The notes beneath the pieces are model-generated. The model saw only the letters and a program-made list of their open reading frames with translations, ran no database searches and was not told the origin of the DNA. 64,000 nucleotides of DNA from Leptospirillia bacterium (GTDB lineage Bacteria; Nitrospirota; JACRHL01): assembly GCA_046754085.1 (NCBI GenBank), contig JBHHVE010000012.1, forward strand, positions 3,764 through 67,763, given 5' to 3'. Position 1 is the stretch's first letter. Every line of letters begins with the position of its first letter. A program made the translations under genes and the position numbers. Shown piece after piece: positions 9,029-17,805 of this stretch.

Positions 9029-9810
9029 TGGCCGTCGCCACGGTCTATTTTATCCTCTATCTGGCCACCGGCGCCGCCGCCGGACTACTGGCCGGGCTGC
9101 TCGGGGTCGGCGGCGGACTGGTGGTGGTACCGGCCCTGACCTTCGCCTTCGCCGCCCAGGGCTATTCGGACACCACCGCCATCCACGCCGCCGTGGGCAC
9201 CTCACTGGCCGCCATCGTGCCCACCGCCATGGTCTCCATGCGCGCCCACCACCGGGCGCGCATGGTGGATTGGAAACGGTTCCGCAGCCTTGCCCCCGCC
9301 CTCGCCATCGGGGCCTTGGCCGGGGCCGCCCTGGCCCGCTGGATGGACGGCAGCCTGCTGCGCGCCAGCGTCGGCCTGTTCGCGCTGTTTGTGGCGCTGC
9401 ACATGGGGTTTGGAGGTCAGCGCAAAACAGGTGGGTGGAACCCGCCGCCCGCCGCCGCCGGAACCGGCATTGGAGCCCTTTCCGCCCTGGTTGGCATTGG
9501 TGGCGGCTCCCTCACGGTGCCCTACCTGCTCCGCTGCGGGCTGCCCATACACCCGGCGGTGGGCACCTCCGCCGCCGGCGGCCTGCCGATCGCCCTGGCG
9601 GGCAGCTTGGCCTTCTCCATCGGCGGCGGTCCGGGAATCGCCACCGGTATTGGCCACATTCACCTCCCCGCGCTGGTTTCGGTGTCGGCCGCCAGCATGC
9701 TGTGCGCGCCGTTGGGGGCGCGTTGGGCCCACCGCACCCCGGCAGCGGCCCTGAGACGCTGGTTTGCGGTGCTGCTGGGCCTCATTGGCACGGTTATGTT
9801 GGCCGGATGA
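9028..9810 (+). CDS. TauE/SafE (DUF81) family sulfite/anion exporter-like membrane protein
   Basis: 260-aa polytopic membrane protein with repeated GxGGG motifs (LLGVGGGLVVVP, LVGIGGGSLTVP). The ATG overlaps the argA stop (TAATG). The ORF-track start at 8716 is out of frame inside argA and is rejected. Confidence 0.75.
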   Translation: MAVATVYFILYLATGAAAGLLAGLLGVGGGLVVVPALTFAFAAQGYSDTTAIHAAVGTSLAAIVPTAMVSMRAHHRARMVDWKRFRSLAPALAIGALAGAALARWMDGSLLRASVGLFALFVALHMGFGGQRKTGGWNPPPAAAGTGIGALSALVGIGGGSLTVPYLLRCGLPIHPAVGTSAAGGLPIALAGSLAFSIGGGPGIATGIGHIHLPALVSVSAASMLCAPLGARWAHRTPAAALRRWFAVLLGLIGTVMLAG

Positions 9811-10009
9811 GCGACCCCCTCGCCGACCGAGGGCGGAGGCCGGACAACCGCCGGGCGATCACCGCCAACCCGGCGCGCCATCCCCTGTGAACCAGCCCTC
9901 GTGGAGCGCGCTATCCACCGGTCAATCCGGACTTAGGCTGTTGAATTAATTGTGAATATATCTACCGGAAGCGCCCATCCGCCCTGTCCGGCCAAGGCCG
10001 CCTCAGGGG

Positions 10010-10525
10010 TCAGCGATAGCTGCTGACCACCTCGTAGGTCAGGCTCCGCTCCAGTCCTTCCGCCACCGGATTTTCCATGACAAAGCGGAGCGCGTGGCGG
10101 CCGGGACGGGTGGTGGGCAGATAGGCCGGATCGTCCAGTTCCACCCGCAAAAACTCACCGTAGGTGACATAGACGCGGATCCGGTCGATCACTTCCCCGT
10201 TCCGCTCCCAGTGGGCGATAAACTGGCCGTTGCCGTTAAACCAGACATCCACCGTCGCCATCAGTGGGTCGCCCACCCCCACCTCTACGGATTCAGTGCC
10301 ATTATTGAAGCGGGCGGTCAACTCACGGACCACCAGCGGCCCCGGCACGTCGTTTCCAGTAACGGTCACCCGGGAGGCAAACGACGCCGGGCGGGCGTCG
10401 AACACTTCCTGAGCAGTCAGGGGTGGGCTGGACGCGCACCCCCAAACAAGAAGCAAAAGTCCCATGGCGAATATCCGCATGCCCCGTACTCCCATCAGTG
10501 TGCGGCCCAATCGCCCCTTCCGCAC
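10010..10525 (-). CDS. Hypothetical lipoprotein
   Basis: Signal peptide with lipobox LLLVWGC-ASS; no recognisable catalytic motifs. The real start is probably an internal Met (about 10495 or 10480). Confidence 0.55.
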   Translation of the reverse strand: MRKGRLGRTLMGVRGMRIFAMGLLLLVWGCASSPPLTAQEVFDARPASFASRVTVTGNDVPGPLVVRELTARFNNGTESVEVGVGDPLMATVDVWFNGNGQFIAHWERNGEVIDRIRVYVTYGEFLRVELDDPAYLPTTRPGRHALRFVMENPVAEGLERSLTYEVVSSYR

Positions 10526-10539
10526 ACGCGTTCACCCGA

Positions 10540-10923
10540 TCAACCCCGTTGAATCAACTCGATCTCGTACCCCTCGGGGGCGTCAATAAAACAAAAACTG
10601 CCCGAACTCGACACCGTCGGCCCGTCCGTCACCGGCACCCCGAGCTCACCCAGATGCCGTACCGTGGCCTCCATGTCGTCCACCTCAAATGCGAGATGAA
10701 CCAGGTCCTCCGGCACATGGACGTTGCCGCTTTCCGGGAAACTGCACAACTCGATCTCCTCCGCGGAACCCGGCACGCTCAGAAACACCAGTTTGGATCC
10801 TCTCGGCGAAGTATGCCGGGCGCTCACCGAAAGGCCCAGCACGTCCGTATAAAAACGCACCGTGGCCTCCATATCGCTCACCCGCATACGGGTGTGCAAC
10901 AGTCGCCGGACCTGAAGTGCCAC
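10540..10923 (-). CDS. VOC (glyoxalase/bleomycin-resistance/dioxygenase) family protein
   Basis: 127 aa, tandem beta-alpha-beta-beta-beta modules with metal-ligand His/Glu positions (HTRMRVSDMEATVRFY...HLAFEVDDMEA...E). Directly abuts the upstream gene with no gap. Confidence 0.7.
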   Translation of the reverse strand: MALQVRRLLHTRMRVSDMEATVRFYTDVLGLSVSARHTSPRGSKLVFLSVPGSAEEIELCSFPESGNVHVPEDLVHLAFEVDDMEATVRHLGELGVPVTDGPTVSSSGSFCFIDAPEGYEIELIQRG

Positions 10924-11607
10924 CTAAAACCCGCTCATGACGGGCAACGACTCGGGGGGAAGCACCAACGCCGGGTCAAACGGCGTCGGGTCGAGATCCG
11001 TATACTCGATGGTGGCCAGCACGCCATTGCCCTGCGGAAACACCACCCGCACCGGAAATCCGTTCAAATCCTTCGCCTCCCACACCCAACGCAAGGCGTG
11101 AATACCCCGGGGGGACGGAAAACCGATCAGGGACAAGGTACAGGGGTGGCCGTCGTAGGTCACGTCCTGCTTCAACTCCAGCCGGTAGTAGCGTTCCTCC
11201 TCCGGGGCGGTCATATAGCCGTAGACCTGCGCAAGGATGCGATCCGCGGCAACCACCCGGTAGGAGAACACGATGTCCTGATCCAGCAGTTTGCGGTAGT
11301 ACGTATTTTGGTCGTAATCAAACCAGGTGCCGGGCACAAAGCGGGGGTCCGGGTCCGGGTCGGCGATAAGACGCAGCCGGTTGCCATGCTTTTTCATCTT
11401 GAACAGTGTGGTTTTTTCACCCAAATCCGACAGTTCGTGGACGGAGACCCGCGCCGACAGAAACTCCGGGGCCCGGGGCGGAACGGACAACCGGCTGTCG
11501 GCGTCTTCCTCCGCCGTGGCAGGGGAAAGAATATCCGCCGCCAGCGCCAGGGCCGGCACACTCAGCGCCAGCATCAGACCCAGCCCCATGACTCTAAAAT
11601 AATTCAT
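10924..11607 (-). CDS. Hypothetical periplasmic protein (signal peptide)
   Basis: Start at MNYFRVMGLGLMLALSVPALALA (Sec signal, AxA site); about 228 aa, no known catalytic motif. The longer track ORF to 11718 would overlap the upstream M16 gene. Confidence 0.55.
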   Translation of the reverse strand: MNYFRVMGLGLMLALSVPALALAADILSPATAEEDADSRLSVPPRAPEFLSARVSVHELSDLGEKTTLFKMKKHGNRLRLIADPDPDPRFVPGTWFDYDQNTYYRKLLDQDIVFSYRVVAADRILAQVYGYMTAPEEERYYRLELKQDVTYDGHPCTLSLIGFPSPRGIHALRWVWEAKDLNGFPVRVVFPQGNGVLATIEYTDLDPTPFDPALVLPPESLPVMSGF

Positions 11608-11620
11608 GTATTTCAATGTT

Positions 11621-12967
11621 TTATGGCGATTCAAGAAGGACCTCTTCCGGATCTGACACCACCACCCAGAGCATGTCGTCCGGGTGCAGATAGGTGTTTG
11701 CCACCCGCTGGACATCATCCACCGTCACCGCTTCCACCCGAGCCATGTAGTCTTCAAAATAACTGTCGCCCAAATCGTGCATGTGGATAAAACTCAACAA
11801 TCCGGCCACCTTGCTGTTGGTATCGATGCGGAATGGAAAGCGGCCCACCAGATGAGAACGGGCGTCGGCCAGTTCCTTATCGCTCACCGGCTCGGTGCGA
11901 ATCCGGCGAATCTCGTCCAGGGCGCTGTTGACCGCCTTCCCCGCGCTCTCGTTCCTGGTCTGAAAGATCACCTTGAACACGCCGCCGTGACGCATGGCGC
12001 GGAAACCGCTCTGGATGGCGTAGGCGAGACCCTGATCCTCCCGAATGCTGTCGCCCAGACGGGAGTGGGTGGCGCCACCGCCCAGGATGTAGTTCATCAC
12101 GATCACCGGGTAAAAATCCGGGTGGCTGCGCATCGGCCCCATGTGCCCCAACACGACATTCGCCTGGGTCACCGGGCGGTCGATACGGACCAGCCGGGTA
12201 CCGGACGGCGGCGCAGGCGGCGGCGGAATCGAGTGGCTCGGCGGCGCCCCCCGCCAGCCCCCAAACGTCTTTTTCGCCAGCTTGACCGCCTCCATACGGG
12301 TGATGTCGCCGACGAAGTTGAGCACCGCGCCCTGAGGCCGGTAATACTGCCGGTGAAAGGCCACCAGCGCATTCCGATCAATGGCGGCGATGCTGTCCGC
12401 ATCGCCTTCCGGCGGCCTGCCGTACGGGTGATCACCGAACAGTTCGGCATCAAACGCCTTGGCAGCCACCTTGCCGGGATTGTCCAGATCCACCTCAATC
12501 TGGCCCAGCGCCTCGCCTTTCACCCGCTCCACCTCTCCGTTCGGAAAATCCGGCCGTATCACCACATCGGCAAGCAGGTTCAAACCCATTTTCAGGTCTC
12601 TCTTCAGCGCGCTGAGGTAGACCTGGCTAAAGTCGCGTCCGGCATCGGCCCCGAGCTTTGCGCCGACAAACTCCACCGCCTCGGCGATCTCATTGGCGCT
12701 CTTGCCGGCGGCACCCTCGGTCAATAGCCGGGCGGTCATGCTGGCGGTACCGGCCTGTCCCTCCGGGTCATTCACCGAGCCCACGCCCAACCCCAGTTCG
12801 ACCATGACGATCGGCAGGGTGGGGCGGTTGACCACCTGTACGGTCAGGCCGTTGGCCAGGACCTCCCGCTGCACCTCAATGCCGAATGCGGCCGCCGGAA
12901 GGGCGAAACCCACCATCCCCAGCAGGGTCAGGACCCCGCACAGAGCGGATGTAATCCGCCGCCTCAC
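11621..12967 (-). CDS. M16 (pitrilysin/insulinase) family peptidase, probable non-catalytic partner subunit
   Basis: 448 aa, signal peptide, M16 fold but no HxxEH zinc motif; 4-bp overlap with the upstream catalytic M16 gene. Confidence 0.8.
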   Translation of the reverse strand: MRRRITSALCGVLTLLGMVGFALPAAAFGIEVQREVLANGLTVQVVNRPTLPIVMVELGLGVGSVNDPEGQAGTASMTARLLTEGAAGKSANEIAEAVEFVGAKLGADAGRDFSQVYLSALKRDLKMGLNLLADVVIRPDFPNGEVERVKGEALGQIEVDLDNPGKVAAKAFDAELFGDHPYGRPPEGDADSIAAIDRNALVAFHRQYYRPQGAVLNFVGDITRMEAVKLAKKTFGGWRGAPPSHSIPPPPAPPSGTRLVRIDRPVTQANVVLGHMGPMRSHPDFYPVIVMNYILGGGATHSRLGDSIREDQGLAYAIQSGFRAMRHGGVFKVIFQTRNESAGKAVNSALDEIRRIRTEPVSDKELADARSHLVGRFPFRIDTNSKVAGLLSFIHMHDLGDSYFEDYMARVEAVTVDDVQRVANTYLHPDDMLWVVVSDPEEVLLESP

Positions 12968-14334
12968 GAGCCCCCCTCCCCATCTGTGCCTGCCGTTTCC
13001 GGGGCCGGGGTGGGCACCAGCACGGCGACCGTGCTGCGGTCGGTAACCAGGTATTTTTTCGCCACCCGGGTGATGTCTTCCGCGGTAACCCGGCGGATCC
13101 GCTCCGGAAAGGTTTCTATGTAATCGGCCCCCGCCCCCACGGTCACCGCCTCACCGAGCACCATGGACTGGCTATAGATCGAATCCAGCCTCATGATGTA
13201 GTTCGCCTCCACCTGATTTTTCACCCGTTGCAGTTCCCTGGCCTCCGGGGGTTCCTGTTGCAGGCGCCCGATCTCCTCGGCAATGGCGACCTCCACCTCC
13301 TCCGCCGTGTGGTCCCGGGCAACCACGGCGTAGAAGTAGAACAGCTGGGTGCCGATCGTCAGAGGGTCGTAGCTGCCACCCGCATCCACGGCAATACGGT
13401 CGTTGTAGATCAACCGCTGGTAGATGCGGGAACGCTTGCCGTCAAACAGAATGCGGGACAGAACCTCAAGGGCGTAGGCATCGTCGTCGGACCAGTTCGG
13501 CGTGGGGTAGCCGGTGATCACGAACGGCAACTGGGCCTCGCGCTTGAGCCACACCCGCCGCTGACCCTCCTGCAACGGTTCGCGGGTATGCACTTCGGGA
13601 ATGTCCCGAACCGGCGGAATTTTGGAAAAGCCGCGCCGAATCTGCTCCAGGAGGGTGTCCGAATCGAAATCACCCACCACCACCACGGTGGCGTTGTCGG
13701 GGCCGTAATACTGCCGGTAGTAGCGTAGCGCATCGTCCCGGGTCAGCCCTTCCAGGTCACTCATCCAGCCAATCACCGGGGTGCGGTAGGGGTACGCCTG
13801 GTAAGCGGTGGCAAACAGTTGCTCGACGGTGGCGGAGATGGGGTTGTCGTCGATGCGCAGGCGCCGCTCCTCCCGCACCACCTCCCGTTCCAGGTCGAAC
13901 TCTTCCGGGTCGAGCAGCAGGTTTTTCATCCGGTCCGCCTCCATCAACACGGACTGAGGCAGGTTCTCCGGTGCCCAGTTCATGTAATAGGCGGTGTAGT
14001 CGCGGGAGGTGAAGGCATTCTGGGTGCCCCCGTGCCGGGCGACCGTGTCGGCGTACTCACCCTTGCCGTACAGGGAGGCGCCCTTGAACATCATGTGCTC
14101 AAGCAGGTGGGACAGGCCGGTCAACCCGGTCACCTCATTTCTGGAACCCACCCGGTACCACACCATGAAAGTGGACACCGGGGCCTTGTGCTCCTCCTTC
14201 AGAACCACCTGGAGGCCGTTGTCCAGGGTCACGCTCTTAACCGCTTCGGCCCGGGCCGGGTCCGCCGCCGGAAACAACGCCCCACAAAGCATCGTGAAGA
14301 CTACCAGTGCGCGCGCCACAATCCCCGTCCGCAT
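12964..14334 (-). CDS. M16 family zinc peptidase, catalytic subunit
   Basis: Inverted zinc-binding motif HLLEHMMFKG (HxxEH) and downstream Glu. Signal peptide from MRTGIVARALVVFTMLCGALFPAADPARA, so the start is set at the internal Met (14334), directly after the yciB stop. Confidence 0.85.
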   Translation of the reverse strand: MRTGIVARALVVFTMLCGALFPAADPARAEAVKSVTLDNGLQVVLKEEHKAPVSTFMVWYRVGSRNEVTGLTGLSHLLEHMMFKGASLYGKGEYADTVARHGGTQNAFTSRDYTAYYMNWAPENLPQSVLMEADRMKNLLLDPEEFDLEREVVREERRLRIDDNPISATVEQLFATAYQAYPYRTPVIGWMSDLEGLTRDDALRYYRQYYGPDNATVVVVGDFDSDTLLEQIRRGFSKIPPVRDIPEVHTREPLQEGQRRVWLKREAQLPFVITGYPTPNWSDDDAYALEVLSRILFDGKRSRIYQRLIYNDRIAVDAGGSYDPLTIGTQLFYFYAVVARDHTAEEVEVAIAEEIGRLQQEPPEARELQRVKNQVEANYIMRLDSIYSQSMVLGEAVTVGAGADYIETFPERIRRVTAEDITRVAKKYLVTDRSTVAVLVPTPAPETAGTDGEGGS

Positions 14335-14336
14335 AC

Positions 14337-14891
14337 TCAAGAGTTCTCCTCCGGCGGCGCCTCGGCGGCTTCCGTGAAGCGGGTGAGATAGATCGCCTGG
14401 CCCGCCACGAACAGGAGCGTCAGGCCGATCAGGCCGAAGAGTTTGAAATTGACCCAGGTGTTCGTGTCGAAGCGCCATGCCACATACAGGTTAACCCCGG
14501 CAAGAAACAGAAAAAAGCCCGCCCACCACAGGTTCACCCGGCGCAGCGCGGCGATCGGGATGTCGGCCGCCGCCATTTCGAACATGCGCTCGGTCATGGT
14601 CTTTTTGGCAAACATACTGGCGCCGAACACCACTGCCAGCAGCATGTACAGAATGGTCGGCTTGGCCTTGATGAAACGTGGATCGTCAAGCAGCAGGGTG
14701 GCGCCGCCAAACACCACGATCAGCCCGGCCGAAATCAGGTGCATGGGCGAGACCTTGCCGTCTTTCCACCAGCCCCACAGGGCGAGCGCTACCGCCGCGA
14801 CCATGGCCACGGCGGTGGCCGTCATCAGGCCGTACACCTTGTACGACCCGAAAAACAGCAGGATGGGGAAAAAATCGAACAGTGCCTTCAT
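14337..14891 (-). CDS. yciB: Intracellular septation protein A (YciB/IspZ family inner-membrane protein)
   Basis: 184 aa, MKALFDFFPILLFFGSYKVYG... is the conserved YciB N-terminus; five transmembrane segments. Confidence 0.85.
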   Translation of the reverse strand: MKALFDFFPILLFFGSYKVYGLMTATAVAMVAAVALALWGWWKDGKVSPMHLISAGLIVVFGGATLLLDDPRFIKAKPTILYMLLAVVFGASMFAKKTMTERMFEMAAADIPIAALRRVNLWWAGFFLFLAGVNLYVAWRFDTNTWVNFKLFGLIGLTLLFVAGQAIYLTRFTEAAEAPPEENS

Positions 14892-15057
14892 CAGTACCAG
14901 TCATAAACGGGTGGGGGTAACCACAGTGTAACCGACCGGGACCCGAACGCACACCGGAAGGCGTCCGGGAACCGTTCACAAACCGCTCCCAGCCCGGCAT
15001 AATGGCCACAGGTTCCGGCCCGAAATCATTTGCCCCGCCATCCGGTACGCATATTCC

Positions 15058-15840
15058 ATGAGCGCTCCCACCTTTGCCGACATCTACGACCCGGTGGTCG
15101 GCTCAGACTTTCAGGATCTCTGGTGGGCCGCCTTCGAGCGCGCCATGACGGAGCATGACATCCGCTTTGGCTCCGTGTGTGACGTGGCCTGCGGCACCGG
15201 CGAAACCCTGAGCAAATTGGCCCGCATGGGGGTGCGCGCCCACGGCATCGACAGTTCCGCCGACATGATCCGGGTGGCGACGGCCAAGTGCGAGGGCCGC
15301 GGTGCCACATTTCAGGTCGGTTCCATGCAGGACCTTGCCTTGACGCAGCCTGTGGATTTGCTCCTGTGCGCCTACGACTCCCTCAACATGCTTGCCTCGG
15401 AGGACGCGCTTTTTCACACCCTGCGGCGTTTTTATGACGTCCTGACCCCCGGCGGCCACGTCATCTGCGACCTGGCCACGGTGCGGCACCTGGCCGAAGA
15501 CTGGGGCAGCGGCGAAATCCGCACCCGCGCAGGCGACATCGACAACGTCTGGCACACGGTATGGGATGCGGATGCGCGGCGGTTGACCGTGCATCTCACC
15601 GCCGCCGTGCCGAACGGCGCCGGCGGCAGACACCATGTCAACGTACGGGTAATGGAGCACGGCTTTATCAAGGCGCGGATCGACGACGCCATCGCCGCCG
15701 CCGGGTTGACCGTGCTGGCGGTACACGACATGATCCCGTGGACTCCGGGTGACGATGACGCCGACCGCCTGTTCTACATCCTCAAACGGCCTCCCAACCC
15801 CGAATGTGATGTGATCGAACAGCACCCCCATGGAGCATGA
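15058..15840 (+). CDS. Class I SAM-dependent methyltransferase
   Basis: Motif I VCDVACGTGE, motif post-I GIDSS, motif II LLLCAYDSL; 260 aa; the stop overlaps the next gene's start by 11 nt. Confidence 0.8.
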   Translation: MSAPTFADIYDPVVGSDFQDLWWAAFERAMTEHDIRFGSVCDVACGTGETLSKLARMGVRAHGIDSSADMIRVATAKCEGRGATFQVGSMQDLALTQPVDLLLCAYDSLNMLASEDALFHTLRRFYDVLTPGGHVICDLATVRHLAEDWGSGEIRTRAGDIDNVWHTVWDADARRLTVHLTAAVPNGAGGRHHVNVRVMEHGFIKARIDDAIAAAGLTVLAVHDMIPWTPGDDDADRLFYILKRPPNPECDVIEQHPHGA

Positions 15841-16927
15841 CCCCCTGAAAATAGCCGGGGGCCTGCTTGCCCTGCCCACCGCCCCGTTCCACGAGGAGCG
15901 GGTGCTGGCCCATATCGAATGCCTGCTGACGGCCCACCGCATTCCGTTTGCCCGGGACCCTCACGGCAACCTGATCGCCCGCTACGACCGGGGCGACGGC
16001 CCCCTGTGGGCGCTGGTGGCCCACACCGACCATCCGGGCATTGAGGTGACGTCGGTACGGGGCGACACCGTGCACGGCACGTTCCTCGGCGGCGTGCGGC
16101 CAGACCGTCTGGAGGGTGCCCGGGTGCGGCTGCACGCGCCACCCGACAAACCGGACCACGGCCCCGCCGGTGCGCACATCACCCGGATCCGCATGGTACG
16201 GGGGGAAAAGCGTGTGACCCTGCGCCTCGATCCGGATCACACGGCTGCCGTTGGCGGCTTTGGCGACTTTGATCTGGGAACCCCCCGGATCAACAGCCGC
16301 CGCATCGCCGCTGTCGCCATCGACGATTTGATCGGCTGCGCCACCACCCTGGCCGTACTCGTCCGGCTTAAGCGAGAGCGCCGCCGGGCGCGGGTGTGGG
16401 GGGTGTTCACCCGTGCCGAGGAAGTGGGGTTTGCCGGTACCCAGAAGCTGGTTGCGGAGCGGGGATTACCCGGCGACGCCCTGGTGGTCTCCCTGGAAAG
16501 CAGCATGGAGTTGCCGGGGGCAAGGCCCGGACAAGGGCCGGTGATTCGCGTAGGCGACCGCGCCACCAGCTTCGATAGCGACCTGGACCGACGCCTGCAC
16601 CGCACCGCCCGGCAAATTGCCCGGAGCGACAATGGCTTCAAATTCCAGCGCCAGCTCATGAGCGGCGGCACCTGCGAAGCCAGTGTGTTCGCCGCCGCCG
16701 GATACCGCACCACCGGGCTCGCCTACCCACTGCTCAACTATCACAACATGCCCACGGACACCGCCCGGGGCGGTATCGCCGCCGAGGAGATCGCCACCTC
16801 CGATTTTCTCGGGGGCATTCGCCTGTTGTTCGAGGCGGTGCGGCACCCGGAGGCGCCGGAGGCGGAAAATGCCCGTTATCTTGAGCGGCTGGCCCGTTCC
16901 ACCGGCAAATACATCAGGAGATTATGA
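15830..16927 (+). CDS. M42/M20-like metallopeptidase family protein
   Basis: N-terminal PFHEERV...GNLIARY...LVAHTDHPG and later TRAEEVGFAGTQ match the M42 (FrvX/YpdE-like) co-catalytic metal-site pattern, with an H-P substitution after the Asp. 365 aa; the stop overlaps the next gene (ATGA). Confidence 0.6.
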   Translation: MEHDPLKIAGGLLALPTAPFHEERVLAHIECLLTAHRIPFARDPHGNLIARYDRGDGPLWALVAHTDHPGIEVTSVRGDTVHGTFLGGVRPDRLEGARVRLHAPPDKPDHGPAGAHITRIRMVRGEKRVTLRLDPDHTAAVGGFGDFDLGTPRINSRRIAAVAIDDLIGCATTLAVLVRLKRERRRARVWGVFTRAEEVGFAGTQKLVAERGLPGDALVVSLESSMELPGARPGQGPVIRVGDRATSFDSDLDRRLHRTARQIARSDNGFKFQRQLMSGGTCEASVFAAAGYRTTGLAYPLLNYHNMPTDTARGGIAAEEIATSDFLGGIRLLFEAVRHPEAPEAENARYLERLARSTGKYIRRL

Positions 16928-17775
16928 ACATTCCCGGCGGAATCCAGCTGGCCGTTACCGCACTTGTTGCTGTCTTTCTGGCCGTTTCGGCAGGGGCGCG
17001 CCCGCCGGGACCGGGTGCGAGCGTCACCGTGTGGGCCGGCAACCTGCCCAATGTGGACAACATCGCCTTCGCGGCGGACGGCACCCTGTACCTCACCCTG
17101 GAGCGCATCACCCCCCTGGGCAAGGTACTGAAAATAAGTGGCGGTAGCGTCACCAAGGTGCTCGGCGGCCTGCACCGGCCGGACGGCCTGCTGCTGGATA
17201 ATGACGCCCTGTTCCTCACCGAAGAGGTGAGAAGCGGCCGGGTTCTGCGTATGGACCTCGCCACCGGTGACACCACCGTACTGGCCCGGCTCAGAAGCCC
17301 GGAGGGGATCGACCGGTTGCCAAACGGCGATCTGGTGATCGCGGAAGACGCCGAAAACGGCCGGGTGATGCAGCTGCACCGGGACGCGAACGGCAAGGTC
17401 CGGCAGAAGGTTCTGGCGGACGGACTGAAGCGCCCGGAGGGGCTGGCGGTAACCGCCGACGGCACCGTACTGGTGGCCGAAACCGCCAGCGGCAAGGTAC
17501 TGGCCATCCGGGACGGCAATCCTCCGCGGATTGTGGCCGAAGGACTCAACCAGCCGGATCAGGTGGAGGTGGCGCCGGACGGATCGATCTGGATCAGCGA
17601 GGATGCCCACCCCGGACGGGTGCTGCGGGTCAAGGACGGCGACCTGCGCGTGATGCTAAAAAACCTGAACGCCCCCCAGGGCATCGCCTTCGGTCCGGAC
17701 CGCGCGGTTTACATCTCCGAGCAGGGTGAGAACCGCATCCTGCGCTTCGTCCCACCCGCCGTTTCCATAAAATAA
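16924..17775 (+). CDS. Secreted six-bladed beta-propeller protein (SMP-30/gluconolactonase/LRE-like or NHL-type)
   Basis: Signal peptide MNIPGGIQLAVTALVAVFLAVSAGA. Repeated about 40-aa blades containing DG(T/S)(L/V/I)(Y/W)(I/V/L)(S/T)E-like units (ADGTLYLTL, DGTVLVAE, DGSIWISE, DRAVYISE). Confidence 0.7.
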   Translation: MNIPGGIQLAVTALVAVFLAVSAGARPPGPGASVTVWAGNLPNVDNIAFAADGTLYLTLERITPLGKVLKISGGSVTKVLGGLHRPDGLLLDNDALFLTEEVRSGRVLRMDLATGDTTVLARLRSPEGIDRLPNGDLVIAEDAENGRVMQLHRDANGKVRQKVLADGLKRPEGLAVTADGTVLVAETASGKVLAIRDGNPPRIVAEGLNQPDQVEVAPDGSIWISEDAHPGRVLRVKDGDLRVMLKNLNAPQGIAFGPDRAVYISEQGENRILRFVPPAVSIK

Positions 17776-17805
17776 CCTGGAAAACAGCCGGTCAGTCAGA
17801 CCGGC

